A stretch of 64,000 nt of DNA from an uncultured bacterium (GTDB lineage: Bacteria > Krumholzibacteriota > Krumholzibacteriia > Krumholzibacteriales > Krumholzibacteriaceae), in assembly GCA_963786935.1 (NCBI GenBank), contig CAWBAN010000001.1, positions 256,001-320,000 on the forward strand, read 5' to 3'. The notes below the pieces were generated by a model. It was given only the letters and a program-made list of their open reading frames with translations. It was not told the DNA's origin and searched no databases. Each line of letters opens with the position of its first letter. Position 1 is the stretch's first letter. Of this stretch, positions 27,539 to 36,680 are shown one piece after another. The position numbers were made by a program, and so were the translations under genes.

Positions 27539-29287
27539 TCAGCGGCGGTGGCCCGATCCTCCACCCGAGGAACGCGGGCTCGATCCCCCTGACGAGCCGT
27601 GACCCGACGAGCCCCCTGACGACCGTGCGGGAGCGCCGGACGACCGGGCGGGGGACGAATGAGAGCCGCTTCCCGATGAGCCGCGATCGATGCTGCGCGA
27701 TCTCTCGGGCGTCGAGGATCCGGAGGATCTTTCCCGTGTCGGTTGGTTCCGGTCGACGGCCCGCTCCGACCCGCCGCTCCCCTCGCGCGTCTGCTGCTCT
27801 CTCCGCGCCGCGTCGCGATCGCGCCGCGAGTTGATTCGCTGCTGCGTTTTCGCCGACTGCTCGCGCGACGTTTCCCGCACGCCCCTGGTCCCGCTGTTCC
27901 GAAGGCTCCGGTTCAAGTCGCGGGTTTGCCGCATCGTGGAGACGGCCCGGTCGCCGCCGTGGATGACCTTGCGGTCCATCTCGCGGTTCCAGCCGGCGCT
28001 CTTTTCGCTCCGCGCATACCCGTCGTTCCCGACGCTCCGTTCAATCGATTTCCGCTGGAGATCCGAGCGCTCGAGCCTCTGGGCGACATCCCGGCCCATA
28101 TCCCCGCCCCTCGTCCCGGCGAGGCGGTTCTCGTTGACCGTGCGGGTGCGGTTGAGATCGGCGTTGGTGTTCGTATAGTTCAGGCTGCGCCTCAAGAGCT
28201 CGCGATTCTGATACACGGGGCTGCACCCATGGTCGTAGCCGTAATACGGATCGTAGTACCCACAGTAATAATCGTAGCCGCAGCCCCCGTAGGGATAGTA
28301 CGGGTAATATCCTCCGTACCAGCCCCCGTATGGATACCAGCAGTCGTAGCCCCACCACCAGCTCCATCCGAACCCCCACCCGAATCCCCACCAGAACGGA
28401 TCGTAAAAGAACATCGACGAGCCGTACGAAGCGTACGGATTGTAGTCTTCGTACGTGATCGTCATGTGCACGTCCGTGCCGCCCTCATCCTCCTCGTCGA
28501 GCCACGAATCGGCGTACGTGTCGGACGAGTAGTCGCCGCCCGTTCCCACGTGCTTGACGTCGTAGAGCGGCGGATACGGATACCGCGGCTCGTCCGCGTA
28601 GGCGATCTCCTCGATGACGATCTCGGGGCATTCCATCGCGTACGGATCGGGGAGCTTCTCCGGGCTGTGGCACTTCGCGCACAGGTACCGCGGGTATTCG
28701 ACCCGCTTGTTGACGAAGAAGCGCTCGAAGTCCGTCGCCGGCGGATCGTTCTCGGCGCCGCGGACGATCTCCCCGTCTATCGTGTTGAAGGCGAGGAAGG
28801 GATCGCTGTCGATGCGGAGCCGCTTCTCCTCGGGGAGCCGGTCGCCGCGCGCCAGAAAATAGAGCTCGTCCTCGTCGAGCCGAGCCTTATCGGCGACCGC
28901 GAGGGCGTGGATATACTCGATCCCCGTGGCCCCGCTTGTTTCCCAGACGACGTTCTTTCCCGGAGGAGGCAGGAAGCTGGTCGTGTTCGCTTTCGACAGA
29001 ACGGGACGTCCGTCCTCGGGGTAGAGGAGGCTGACGTAGCCGTTGGCGTCGATGTTGTACACGACGACGTACGCGTCCCGCGTCGTCTGGAACAGGAATC
29101 GCACTTCCTTGCCGGCCGTGTATACGCCGTCCTTCTCTCCGAGCATCGTCACGCTCACGGAGAGATCGCCGGTCACGGACGCCCCGGGCATCGATTGGCT
29201 TTTCTGGTCATCGACGGCGCCGATGCCGGTCGCGAATAGGAAGGTGCACAAGGAGGCAAGAAGGAAGAGGAATGTCGTGCGTCTCAT
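27539..29287 (-). CDS. Exported DUF4384-domain protein with CXXCH motif and low-complexity Tyr/Gly/Trp and Arg/Ser/Gly tails
   Basis: Signal peptide; Y..G..V.F.F....DAYVVVYNID.NG.V.LLYP and G.EYI.A.A (DUF4384-like); CAKCH; YDPFWWGFGWGFGW...; SSGG-rich end. Confidence 0.75.
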   Translation of the reverse strand: MRRTTFLFLLASLCTFLFATGIGAVDDQKSQSMPGASVTGDLSVSVTMLGEKDGVYTAGKEVRFLFQTTRDAYVVVYNIDANGYVSLLYPEDGRPVLSKANTTSFLPPPGKNVVWETSGATGIEYIHALAVADKARLDEDELYFLARGDRLPEEKRLRIDSDPFLAFNTIDGEIVRGAENDPPATDFERFFVNKRVEYPRYLCAKCHSPEKLPDPYAMECPEIVIEEIAYADEPRYPYPPLYDVKHVGTGGDYSSDTYADSWLDEEDEGGTDVHMTITYEDYNPYASYGSSMFFYDPFWWGFGWGFGWSWWWGYDCWYPYGGWYGGYYPYYPYGGCGYDYYCGYYDPYYGYDHGCSPVYQNRELLRRSLNYTNTNADLNRTRTVNENRLAGTRGGDMGRDVAQRLERSDLQRKSIERSVGNDGYARSEKSAGWNREMDRKVIHGGDRAVSTMRQTRDLNRSLRNSGTRGVRETSREQSAKTQQRINSRRDRDAARREQQTREGSGGSERAVDRNQPTRERSSGSSTPERSRSIDRGSSGSGSHSSPARSSGAPARSSGGSSGHGSSGGSSPRSSGGGSGHRR

Positions 29288-29557
29288 TGCGCTCGCTCCT
29301 TCTTCAGGGGTGGTGGTTCTTTATGTTCGCAAGAGCGCGGGCTCCGAGAGCCCGTACTCGCCCTCATTAGTATTATACTTCTCCCGGACGCATTTAACAA
29401 GCCAAACACCGCTTTATTTCCCGGCGCGGGGCGCTATATTTACGGGAGGCGCGGGATGCCGCCGTCCACGGCGGGATCGAGGGCGACCGGACGAGGCCGC
29501 CTTCGTAACTTCATGGAATGTTTGAGGCTAAAGCGCCGGTAATATTCTGAAACATGC

Positions 29558-29586
29558 TTGACCGCCTGCGGGCGCTATAGTAAGTT
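29558..29586 (+). promoter_or_regulatory. Candidate sigma70 promoter for the tol-pal operon
   Basis: TTGACC, 17-nt spacer, TAAGTT, located 30 nt upstream of tolQ, which has a GGAGG RBS. Confidence 0.5.
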
Positions 29587-29616
29587 GCCCGAAGACGACA
29601 TTCAAGGAGGACGAAT

Positions 29617-30360
29617 ATGGGGTTCGACGGGCCTGTCGCGTTCCTGCAGATATCGGGGAAACTGTCCGACGTCATATTCCACGGCGGGACGGTGGGGAAC
29701 GGGATTCTCCTGATTCTGACGGTGCTCTCGGTCGTTTCCTGGACGATCATGATAGAGAAATTCCGCTACTTCAAGCGCTCGCGCCGGGAAACCGTGAGCT
29801 TCCTCGAGCGCTTCGCATCCGAGCATTCCCTGCGCGGCGTCCGGAGCCACGCCGATACGTTCGCCGCGAGCCCCGAGGCGCGCCTCGTCTCCGCCGTGGC
29901 GGCCGAGCTCGAAAAGGGGGAGATCAGGACGAGTTCCGCGCTCGACAAGCTCATCGAGGCCGAATCGATCGCCATCATGTCGTCGTGGGAAACGTACATC
30001 CAGTTCCTCGCGACGACCGCGTCGATCTCGCCGCTCCTCGGCCTCTTCGGCACCGTGTGGGGCATCATGGCCGCGTTCCTGAGCATGGGCGCGCAGGGAT
30101 CGGCGAGCCTCTTCGTCGTCGGGCCGGGAATCGCGGTGGCGCTCATCACGACGATCTTCGGGCTCGGCGCGGCGATCCCCGCCGTCGTCGGCTACAACTA
30201 CATCCAGCGCTCGATCCGGGGCAAGGAGGACGAGGTCGCGGCCTTCTCCCTGCGTTTCCGCAATCGGATCGTCGAGCGGACCTACGTCGAGCTGCACGAG
30301 GGAGCGGGGGGCTCGGCCCGCGGCGGCGACCTCGTTTCGCCGTCTCTCGGCGCGAAGTGA
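29617..30360 (+). CDS. tolQ: TolQ (MotA/TolQ/ExbB family)
   Basis: LATTASISPLLGLFGTVWGIM, PGIAVALITT and AAIPAV motifs. Confidence 0.9.
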   Translation: MGFDGPVAFLQISGKLSDVIFHGGTVGNGILLILTVLSVVSWTIMIEKFRYFKRSRRETVSFLERFASEHSLRGVRSHADTFAASPEARLVSAVAAELEKGEIRTSSALDKLIEAESIAIMSSWETYIQFLATTASISPLLGLFGTVWGIMAAFLSMGAQGSASLFVVGPGIAVALITTIFGLGAAIPAVVGYNYIQRSIRGKEDEVAAFSLRFRNRIVERTYVELHEGAGGSARGGDLVSPSLGAK

Positions 30361-30370
30361 GGGGGCGGCG

Positions 30371-30772
30371 ATGAGACGCACGCGATACGTGCCGCTCGCG
30401 GAGATCAACATCACGAACCTCGTCGACGTGACCATGGTGCTCCTCATCATCTTCATGCTCACGGCGCCGTTTCTCCAGGCGGGAGTGAAGCTCCGGCTCC
30501 CGAAGGCGGAAGCGAAGCAGATCGAGGAGCAGCAGGGCGTCACCGTTTCGATCGACGAGGACGGGAAGATCTTCATCGACGAGAAGGCCGTCGGATGGGA
30601 CGATTTCACCGCGGAGTTCCGCGCGGCAATCGAGGCGACGGCGCCGCGCGTCTTCCTGCGGATCGACAAGGACGTGCGGTACGAGGCGGTGCTCAGGGTG
30701 ATCGCGCGGATCAAGATGCTCGGCATCGAGGATGTCGGTCTCATCGCGGAGCAGGAAGAGAAGAGACGTTGA
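30371..30772 (+). CDS. tolR: TolR (ExbD/TolR family)
   Basis: EINITNLVDVTMVLLIIFMLTAP and LRIDKDV.Y motifs. Confidence 0.9.
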   Translation: MRRTRYVPLAEINITNLVDVTMVLLIIFMLTAPFLQAGVKLRLPKAEAKQIEEQQGVTVSIDEDGKIFIDEKAVGWDDFTAEFRAAIEATAPRVFLRIDKDVRYEAVLRVIARIKMLGIEDVGLIAEQEEKRR

Positions 30773-30791
30773 AGGGGCGGGGAGGGGAAGA

Positions 30792-31464
30792 ATGAAGCTT
30801 TCCCTGGGCATTTCCGCGTGCGTTCACGCCATCGTGCTGGCCGCGCTCGTTTTTCTGTTTCAGGCGGTCCCCAATATGCGCCTCCCCGAAGGAGTCTATT
30901 CGGTCAAGATCCTCCAGCCGTTCGTCGGCTCGGGGCCGTCCGGGGCCGCGAAGGCGGAAGGCGAGAAGAAGGACGCCGTCGACGTGAAGGAGCCGAAGGA
31001 GGAGCCGAAGAAGGAAGTGGAGAAGATCCCCGTTCCGAAGAAGCCCGACGCGAAGAACAAAGGGGACGCGAAGAAGGAGACCGAAGCGAAGAAGGAAACG
31101 GCTCCGGAGAACGGGGGAGAAGGCGCTCGGGGTCACCGTCGGCGCGGGGGACGGCACCGGGATCGCCGTCGACGCGGCGAACTTCCCCTTCGGCTACTTT
31201 CTCCTGGCGATCGAGCGCCGCGTTTCGGAGAACTGGTTCTCGGCCGTATCTGAGGGAGGGACGGGGCTCACGTGCATCGTCTATTTCCGGCTCATGCGGG
31301 ACGGGAGCGTCGCCGACGCCCGCGTCGAAACGAGCTCCGGAAACGGCTACTTCGACCGGGCCGCCATGAGAGCCGTGAAGAGCGCGGCCCCGTTTCCGCC
31401 GCTCCCCCGTGCGTTCACCGACGCCTATCTCGGAATCCATTTCACATTCGTCCAGAAGGATTGA
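30792..31464 (+). CDS. tolA: TolA/TonB-family energy transducer with an apparent frameshift at the G5 run 31113-31117
   Basis: TM with SACVH motif and Lys/Glu-rich linker. A different frame continues EKALGVTV...FPFGYFL..IERRV..NW...SSGN.YFDRAA.RAV..A.PFPPLP...F.FVQKD* (TonB C-terminal domain). Lies between tolR and tolB. Confidence 0.82.
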
Positions 31465-31466
31465 GC

Positions 31467-32732
31467 ATGATTCGTCTCATGACAGCGCTCGCGATGCTCT
31501 GCGCGGCCGCCGTTCCGGCGCTCGCGCAGACCGATATCTATCTGAAGACCGAACGCGGGGGGCGCGGGAAGATCCCCATCGTCGTGAAGGATATCGAGGG
31601 CGCGACCGCGCGGGAGCGCTCCGCCGCGGCCGACGTCACCGGCGTGATCAGGAACGATCTCGATTACTCGGGTCTCTTCGAAACGATCCGTCCAACGGCC
31701 GGCTCGGGCGCGGAGGGCGCGGCGACGGTCGCGAGCGCCATCTTCGAGGGGAAGCTCTCGTCCGAGGGCGGGAGCTACGTTCTCGACGCGGTGCTCCTCG
31801 ATTTCGCGAGCAAGGAAACCATTTTCAGCAAGCGGTACCGGGTCGCCGCGGACGCGTCGAGGTCCCTCGCTCACACGGTGAGCGACGAGATCGTCTACTT
31901 CCTCGTCGGGGAGCGGGGCGTGGCGACGACCCGCATCGTTTTCAGGAAGGCCGACGGGAAGGCCAAGAATCTGTACGTCGTCGATTACGACGGACACGGC
32001 GAGCGGCGTATCACGAAAGACGAGATCGTGATGTCGCCGCTCTGGCTCGACCGGAACAGGTTCTGCTACTCGTCCGACCGCCGGAGCAACTGGGACTGCT
32101 ACATCGTCGATCTCTCCAAGGGAACGAAGTATCTGTTGACGCAGTGGCGCGGGATCAACCTGCCGGGGAGCTGGTGCGCCGCGCGCGGAGAGATGGCGAT
32201 GACCCTGAGCGTGAACGGGAACCACGAGATCTACGTGCTCGACTCGTCGGGGAAGGTGCTCCGGCGGCTCACGAGAAACCGCGCGATCGACATCTCGCCG
32301 TCGTGGTCGCCGAGCGGCTCCGAGATGGCGTTCGTGTCCGACCGCGGGGGCACGCCCCAGATCTACGTCATGGACGGCTACGGCGGCTCCGTGCGTCGCC
32401 TCAGCCGGAGCGGCTCGTACAACCAGTCGCCGGCCTGGTCGCCGAAGGGGGATCTCATCGCCTATTCCTCGCGCGAGGGGAACATCTACCGGCTCAAGCT
32501 CATCTCTCCCGACGGGCTCGTCGAGGAGACGCTCTTCGACGATAACTCGAGCTACGAGGATCCGTGCTGGGCTCCCGACGGCCGCCATATCGCGGCGACG
32601 GCGCGCGAAGGCGGACGGCAGTACATCGTCGTCATCGACATCGATACGAAGGAGCGGCGGCGCCTCGTGCAGGGAGAGTTCGCCGACTGGTCGCCGCTTC
32701 CCCCCGCGGAAACGCCGTCGCGGCGCCGCTGA
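31467..32732 (+). CDS. tolB: TolB
   Basis: Signal peptide, IRNDL.YSG.F and AH...DEIV motifs, and PD40 repeats (SPSWSPSG, SPAWSPKG, PCWAPDG). Confidence 0.92.
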   Translation: MIRLMTALAMLCAAAVPALAQTDIYLKTERGGRGKIPIVVKDIEGATARERSAAADVTGVIRNDLDYSGLFETIRPTAGSGAEGAATVASAIFEGKLSSEGGSYVLDAVLLDFASKETIFSKRYRVAADASRSLAHTVSDEIVYFLVGERGVATTRIVFRKADGKAKNLYVVDYDGHGERRITKDEIVMSPLWLDRNRFCYSSDRRSNWDCYIVDLSKGTKYLLTQWRGINLPGSWCAARGEMAMTLSVNGNHEIYVLDSSGKVLRRLTRNRAIDISPSWSPSGSEMAFVSDRGGTPQIYVMDGYGGSVRRLSRSGSYNQSPAWSPKGDLIAYSSREGNIYRLKLISPDGLVEETLFDDNSSYEDPCWAPDGRHIAATAREGGRQYIVVIDIDTKERRRLVQGEFADWSPLPPAETPSRRR

Positions 32733-32887
32733 GCGCACGGAGCAGAAAAGGCTTTCCCTCGTCGGACGATTCCGGTTATGATGGCCGCGGACAGGGGTAG
32801 CGAATCGTGTTGCGCGCCGGGCGAAGCAGTGGGGCGGCGCGTGGTTCAGTATCGAACGGGGCGATGCCCCGGAAGGAGGTCGTTGCG

Positions 32888-33394
32888 ATGATTCGATTCA
32901 AGTGGTTGGTCCTCGCGTGCGCGATCGCGCTCGTTCTCGTTCCCGCGTGCGCGAAGAAGCAGGTTGCGCCCGTCGAGCAGCCGGTGGAGGAGGTCGCGCC
33001 GCCCCCGGTCACGACCCCGATCGAACAGCCGCCCGTCGTGGAGGAGAAGCCGGTCGAGGTGATCATCTCCCTCGAGGACATCTTCTTCGATTTCGATAAG
33101 TACGCGATCGGAGACGAGGGCAAGCTGGCGCTCGCGCGAAACGCCCAGATCCTCCTGACGCACGCCGACAAGAAGCTGATCGTCGAAGGCCACTGCGACG
33201 AGCGCGGCACGAACGAATACAACATGGCGCTCGGCGAGAAGCGCGCCAAGGCGGCCGTCGATTTCCTCACGACGTACGGCATCGGCGCCGACCGCATCAC
33301 GTGGATCAGCTACGGCGAGGAGAAGCCCTTCGCGATGGGACACGACGACGCGGCATGGGCGCAGAACCGTCGCGCGCACTTCGTGATCAAGTAG
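32888..33394 (+). CDS. pal: Peptidoglycan-associated lipoprotein Pal
   Basis: Lipobox VPAC; IFFDFDK, EGHCDERGTNEYNMALGEKRA, SYGEEKP and NRRA motifs. Confidence 0.95.
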   Translation: MIRFKWLVLACAIALVLVPACAKKQVAPVEQPVEEVAPPPVTTPIEQPPVVEEKPVEVIISLEDIFFDFDKYAIGDEGKLALARNAQILLTHADKKLIVEGHCDERGTNEYNMALGEKRAKAAVDFLTTYGIGADRITWISYGEEKPFAMGHDDAAWAQNRRAHFVIK

Positions 33395-33403
33395 GCGGAC
33401 GCC

Positions 33404-34309
33404 ATGAACGGATGGAAAAGCCGCGCGGGAGCGTGCGTGTTCCTCGCGCTCCTCATCGCGGCCGGCGGGGGATGTTGGGGGCGCAAGTTCTTCAATATGC
33501 CTTCCGAAACCATCGACACGGGATCGAAAGTCGACTCGCTCCTCGTCGAGAACGCGGCGCTCAAGGCGCGGATCGCCGCGATCGAGCGGACCATGCGCGA
33601 GGATCAGGAGTTCGCGCGCGGGACGAACGCGCAGCTCAAGATGGATCTCGAGGAGCTCAAGGACCAGCTCAACGCGCTGCAGGAGATGCTCCGCGAGTCG
33701 CAGGAGAGCTCTCCGTTCAAGCCGTCGGAACGGCGGCAGCCCGCCCGTTCGGGCGATACCGGCGCGCGGGGGGCCGTTCCGGCGCAGACCCCGCGGTCCG
33801 ATGGCGGAAGCGCCCCGGGGAATGCCCCGGGCGACACGCTCGCGTCGACCGGCGGGCGACACGCCGCGGACACGCTCTCCGTCGCGGAAGGCTCAGCGGA
33901 CACGGCCGGGGCCCTCGCGGCCCCGGCCCCTCCGCCCGAGGATCTGTACCGGCAGATCTATCTCGATTTCAGCAGGCGCGAGCACCAGCTCGCGCTCGAG
34001 GAGTCCGAATCGTTTCTCGCCGAATACCCGGACGATCCGCTCGGCGAGGAGGTGTTCTTCATCAGAGGGCAGTGCCTGATGGAGCTCGGCAGGCATTCCG
34101 ACGCGCTGAAGGAGTTCTCCACGATACTCCAGCGCTACCCGCGGGGAAAGCGCAGTCCGGGCGCGTTGCTCCGGATGGCCGTCTCGTACGACGCCATGGG
34201 GCAGGAGGAGCTTGCCGCGGGCGTCGTGAGGCGCCTTCTCAAGGAATATCCGAACAGCGAGGAGGCGAAAGCCGCCGAGGAGCGGTTTTCGGCCATAATC
34301 GCGGAATGA
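33404..34309 (+). CDS. cpoB: Tol-pal system protein CpoB/YbgF
   Basis: Lipoprotein-type signal, coiled coil and C-terminal TPR (F...YP, ALLR, L.KEYPNS). Follows pal. Confidence 0.85.
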   Translation: MNGWKSRAGACVFLALLIAAGGGCWGRKFFNMPSETIDTGSKVDSLLVENAALKARIAAIERTMREDQEFARGTNAQLKMDLEELKDQLNALQEMLRESQESSPFKPSERRQPARSGDTGARGAVPAQTPRSDGGSAPGNAPGDTLASTGGRHAADTLSVAEGSADTAGALAAPAPPPEDLYRQIYLDFSRREHQLALEESESFLAEYPDDPLGEEVFFIRGQCLMELGRHSDALKEFSTILQRYPRGKRSPGALLRMAVSYDAMGQEELAAGVVRRLLKEYPNSEEAKAAEERFSAIIAE

Positions 34310-34390
34310 CGCCGCGGAAATCGCCGCGTCGCGCCGCGATCCCGCCGCCTGCGGCGGCGGATCGTCCGCGCGCCGGTCGCGAGTGGCACG

Positions 34391-35650
34391 ATGGCTATCG
34401 GTGAATACCTTCCGCTGATCCTTTCGATCGTCGTCCTCCTGCTTTTCTCGGCTTTCTTCTCGGCGTCGGAGACGGCGTATTTCTCGATTCCGCGCTCCGC
34501 CGCCGTGAAGATGGAAGCGGGGGGGAGACGCGAGCGGATGGCGTCGCGCATTCATCGCGATCCCCGCATGCTCCTCGTCACGATCCTCTTCGGCAATCTC
34601 CTCGTGAACATCGCCGCGACGAGCATCGTCACGGCGCTCGCGATCTCGCTCTACGGCGATCGCGGCGTCGGAATCGCCGTCGTCGTCATGACGGTCCTGA
34701 TTCTCATCTTCGGGGAGATCTCGCCCAAGAGTCTCGCCATCAAGGGCGCGGCGTCCTTCGCCGTCTTCGCCGCTCCGATCCTCAGGGCGCTCATGATCGT
34801 CTTCACCCCCGTGCGCGTCGCGCTCGGCGCCATCGCCGACTGGACGGTCGAAGCGTCGAGGAAGCTGCTCGGCGAAAGCCGCGCGGCGTTCGGCGCGCGC
34901 GAGCTCGCCACCGCCGTCGAGCTCGGGCACCGGGACGGCCTGTTCGGCGAGTTCGAGAAGGAAGTGCTCACGAATCTCTTCCTGTTCAGCGAGATCACGG
35001 CGCGCGAGGTGCAGACCCCCCGGCACGGGGTGTTCGCGCTCGACGTCTCCACGCCGCTCAACGAGGCGATCGCGCGGGTCAAGGCGCGGGGGTTCAGCCG
35101 CGTGCCGCTCTACGCGGGAACGGCCGACACGATCGTCGGCGTTCTCTTCGCGAAGGATCTCCTCAGGTTCTCGCGCGACGACCGCATCGGGCTCGCCGAC
35201 ATTCTCCGGCGCCCCGCGTTCGTCCCGGAGAGCAAGCGCATCCGCGATCTCTTCGGCGAGCTCATCATGTCCCACCAGCACCTCTTCGTCGTCGTCGACG
35301 AGCACGGCTCGTACACGGGGATTCTCACGCTCGAGGATATCCTCGAGAGCATATTCGGCGAGATCCGCAACCGGCGCGAGCCGCGCGTCGCGGGCTACCA
35401 CCGTCTCGACGCGAACCGCATCGTCGTCGAGGGCACGATGAGCCTGCGCGAAGCGGGGGAGATCCTCGGGGCGCCGTTCGATTCGTGGGAGGTCGAGACG
35501 ATCGCAGGCTACCTCATCGAGCGGATCGGGAAGATTCCGCGCGAGGGAGAAGCGTTCACGATCGACGGCGTCCGCTTTCTCGTGCTGTCCGCGGATCCCG
35601 TCCGGGTGAACAAGCTCAAGCTGGAACGACTGGCCGAGGAGGAGCGCTGA
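34391..35650 (+). CDS. CNNM/CBS/CorC hemolysin-family (TlyC/CorB-like) membrane protein
   Basis: SAFFSASETA, FGEISPK, CBS pair (FSRVPLY, VVDEHG...GILTLED) and CorC_HlyC (ETIAGY) motifs. Confidence 0.9.
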   Translation: MAIGEYLPLILSIVVLLLFSAFFSASETAYFSIPRSAAVKMEAGGRRERMASRIHRDPRMLLVTILFGNLLVNIAATSIVTALAISLYGDRGVGIAVVVMTVLILIFGEISPKSLAIKGAASFAVFAAPILRALMIVFTPVRVALGAIADWTVEASRKLLGESRAAFGARELATAVELGHRDGLFGEFEKEVLTNLFLFSEITAREVQTPRHGVFALDVSTPLNEAIARVKARGFSRVPLYAGTADTIVGVLFAKDLLRFSRDDRIGLADILRRPAFVPESKRIRDLFGELIMSHQHLFVVVDEHGSYTGILTLEDILESIFGEIRNRREPRVAGYHRLDANRIVVEGTMSLREAGEILGAPFDSWEVETIAGYLIERIGKIPREGEAFTIDGVRFLVLSADPVRVNKLKLERLAEEER

Positions 35651-36657
35651 TGGATCCGGTCGTCGCGGTCGTCGTCATCGTCGTCACGGTGCTCCTCGCC
35701 GCGTTCGCGGCCGGCTCCGAGACGGCGGTCGTCTCGTGCAGCAAGGTACGGCTCCACGCGAGGGCGAAGACGGGACAGTGGCGGGCGCGGATCCTCGAGC
35801 GGCTCATCAACCGGCCGGAGTATTTCTTCTCCGTCGTTCTCGTGGCGACGAATCTCGCCGTCGTCGTTTGCACCGCCGCGGCGACCGATCTCGCCGTCGC
35901 GGCGTTCGGGAGCTCGGGCGCGGCCGTCGCGACCGCCGTGATGGTTCCCCTCATACTCGTGTTCGGCGAGGTGATCCCGAAATCCGTCTTCCTGTATCAC
36001 GCGGACCGGGTTTCCATCGCGGTGGCGCCGGCCCTGCAGATGCTCGCCTATGTGCTCTGGCCGCTCGTCATGCCGGCGACCTTTCTCGTGCGGGGGCTCA
36101 TGCGGGCAATGGGCGCGGGCGGGCAGCGGTTCAGCATCCTCTCGTCGCGCGAGGAGCTCGTCTATCTTTACCGGGTCGGCAAGACCGAGAGCGCGCTCGA
36201 TCGGGGGGAGCGCCTCGTCATCGACCGCGTGTTCCGGTTCGAGAGTGTCCTCGTGCGCGATCTCATGATCCCGATGGAGCGCGTCGTTTCGATTCCCGTC
36301 ACCGCGTCGGTCGACGAGGTGGTCGCCGAGGCGAACCGACACACCTATTCGCGGTTCCCCATCGTCTCGCCGGAGGACGGCCGCGTCGTCGGGATCGTCT
36401 CGCTCTTCGATCTGCTCGATCTCGACGGCGGGGAGAAGCTCACGTCCGTCATGCACCAGCCGCGCTTTGTCAAGGAAAGCGAATCGGCGGAACGTCTCCT
36501 CGTCGCGATGAAGGACGATTCCGTGCACATGGCGGTCGTCGTGGGTGAGCGGGGAGAGATGCGCGGCATCGTGACGCTCGAGAACATCCTCCAGAGCATC
36601 ATCGGGGACATCTACAACGAACACCGGGCGCCGTCGTCCGGGGAGCGCTCGTCGTAG
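35650..36657 (+). CDS. CNNM/CBS domain protein (second paralog, no CorC_HlyC domain)
   Basis: AGSETA, FGEVIPK, YSRFPI and GIVTLEN motifs. Confidence 0.88.
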   Translation: MDPVVAVVVIVVTVLLAAFAAGSETAVVSCSKVRLHARAKTGQWRARILERLINRPEYFFSVVLVATNLAVVVCTAAATDLAVAAFGSSGAAVATAVMVPLILVFGEVIPKSVFLYHADRVSIAVAPALQMLAYVLWPLVMPATFLVRGLMRAMGAGGQRFSILSSREELVYLYRVGKTESALDRGERLVIDRVFRFESVLVRDLMIPMERVVSIPVTASVDEVVAEANRHTYSRFPIVSPEDGRVVGIVSLFDLLDLDGGEKLTSVMHQPRFVKESESAERLLVAMKDDSVHMAVVVGERGEMRGIVTLENILQSIIGDIYNEHRAPSSGERSS

Positions 36658-36680
36658 GGCGCGCGGGGGGACGCTCGATC

